Shown piece after piece: positions 22,814 through 22,946 of a stretch of 22,946 bases of DNA. The first letter of the stretch is position 1. Each line of letters starts with the position of its first letter. The notes below the pieces were generated by a model, which worked only from the letters and a program-made list of their open reading frames with translations, did not search any database and was not told the origin of the DNA. The position numbers and the translations under genes are program-made. Origin of the DNA: a virus; the IMG/VR virus record IMGVR_UViG_3300020196_001530; one strand, written 5' to 3'.

Positions 22814-22946
22814 ATGGACGCACAAGATTTTCGTAGTCTTCAAGAAGCATATATGGAAGTTGTTAAAAATCAACAACTTGATGAAGTATTAGATACTCCT
22901 GAAAGAGCAAACGAGTATGCTAAGAAGAATGTAAAATCTCTGGTTG
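22814..22946 (+). CDS. Phage protein N-terminus, truncated by the window edge
   Basis: Open frame MDAQDFRSLQEAYMEVVKNQQLDEVLDTPERANEYAKKNVKSLV..., behind a late promoter. Confidence 0.65.
   Translation, partial: MDAQDFRSLQEAYMEVVKNQQLDEVLDTPERANEYAKKNVKSLV

Noticed and set aside
1-22946. CRISPR array
   Set aside because: No regularly spaced short direct repeats were seen on reading; the only notable exact repeat is the 33-nt terminator pair.

Overview
The window looks like accessory sequence from a T4-like cyanophage (cyanomyovirus). It runs left to right as follows. (1) Small conserved phage ORFs, a DNA primase (T4 gp61-like), and nrdA/nrdB. A decayed GIY-YIG homing endonuclease remnant sits just upstream of the primase. 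(2) A late-type gene and several small ORFs, including an exported RlpA-like (DPBB) protein. (3) A tRNA region at 8.2-10.7 kb with six canonical tRNAs (Arg-TCT, Gly-TCC, Ser-TGA, Pro-TGG, Ile-TAT, Met-CAT), one tRNA-like element with no recognisable anticodon loop, an HNH endonuclease, a Phd/YefM-like orphan antitoxin, and many near-consensus sigma70 promoters. It also holds two tRNA-like genes (Asn-GTT, Val-TAC) that fold as full 73-nt cloverleaves but share the same non-canonical D-loop and related non-canonical T-loops. (4) An 11-gene, tightly overlapping glycan operon at 11.7-20.5 kb: GDP-mannose 3,5-epimerase-like, GT11, several GT-A/GT2-like proteins, a methyltransferase, DUF5672-like, an NAD-sugar epimerase, a GT15/Kre2-Mnt1-like protein and GT25. 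It is preceded by a possible structured leader. (5) A complete cyanobacterial-type SLH/OprB-like porin in a self-contained promoter-ORF-terminator unit. (6) A GIY-YIG/NUMOD3 endonuclease and the start of another phage gene. The strongest leads are the altered-elbow tRNA pair, the porin moron, the GT15-like enzyme in the glycan operon, and the possible leader RNA. All calls come from reading the sequence. No database search, folding program or phylogeny was run, so novelty is not established.
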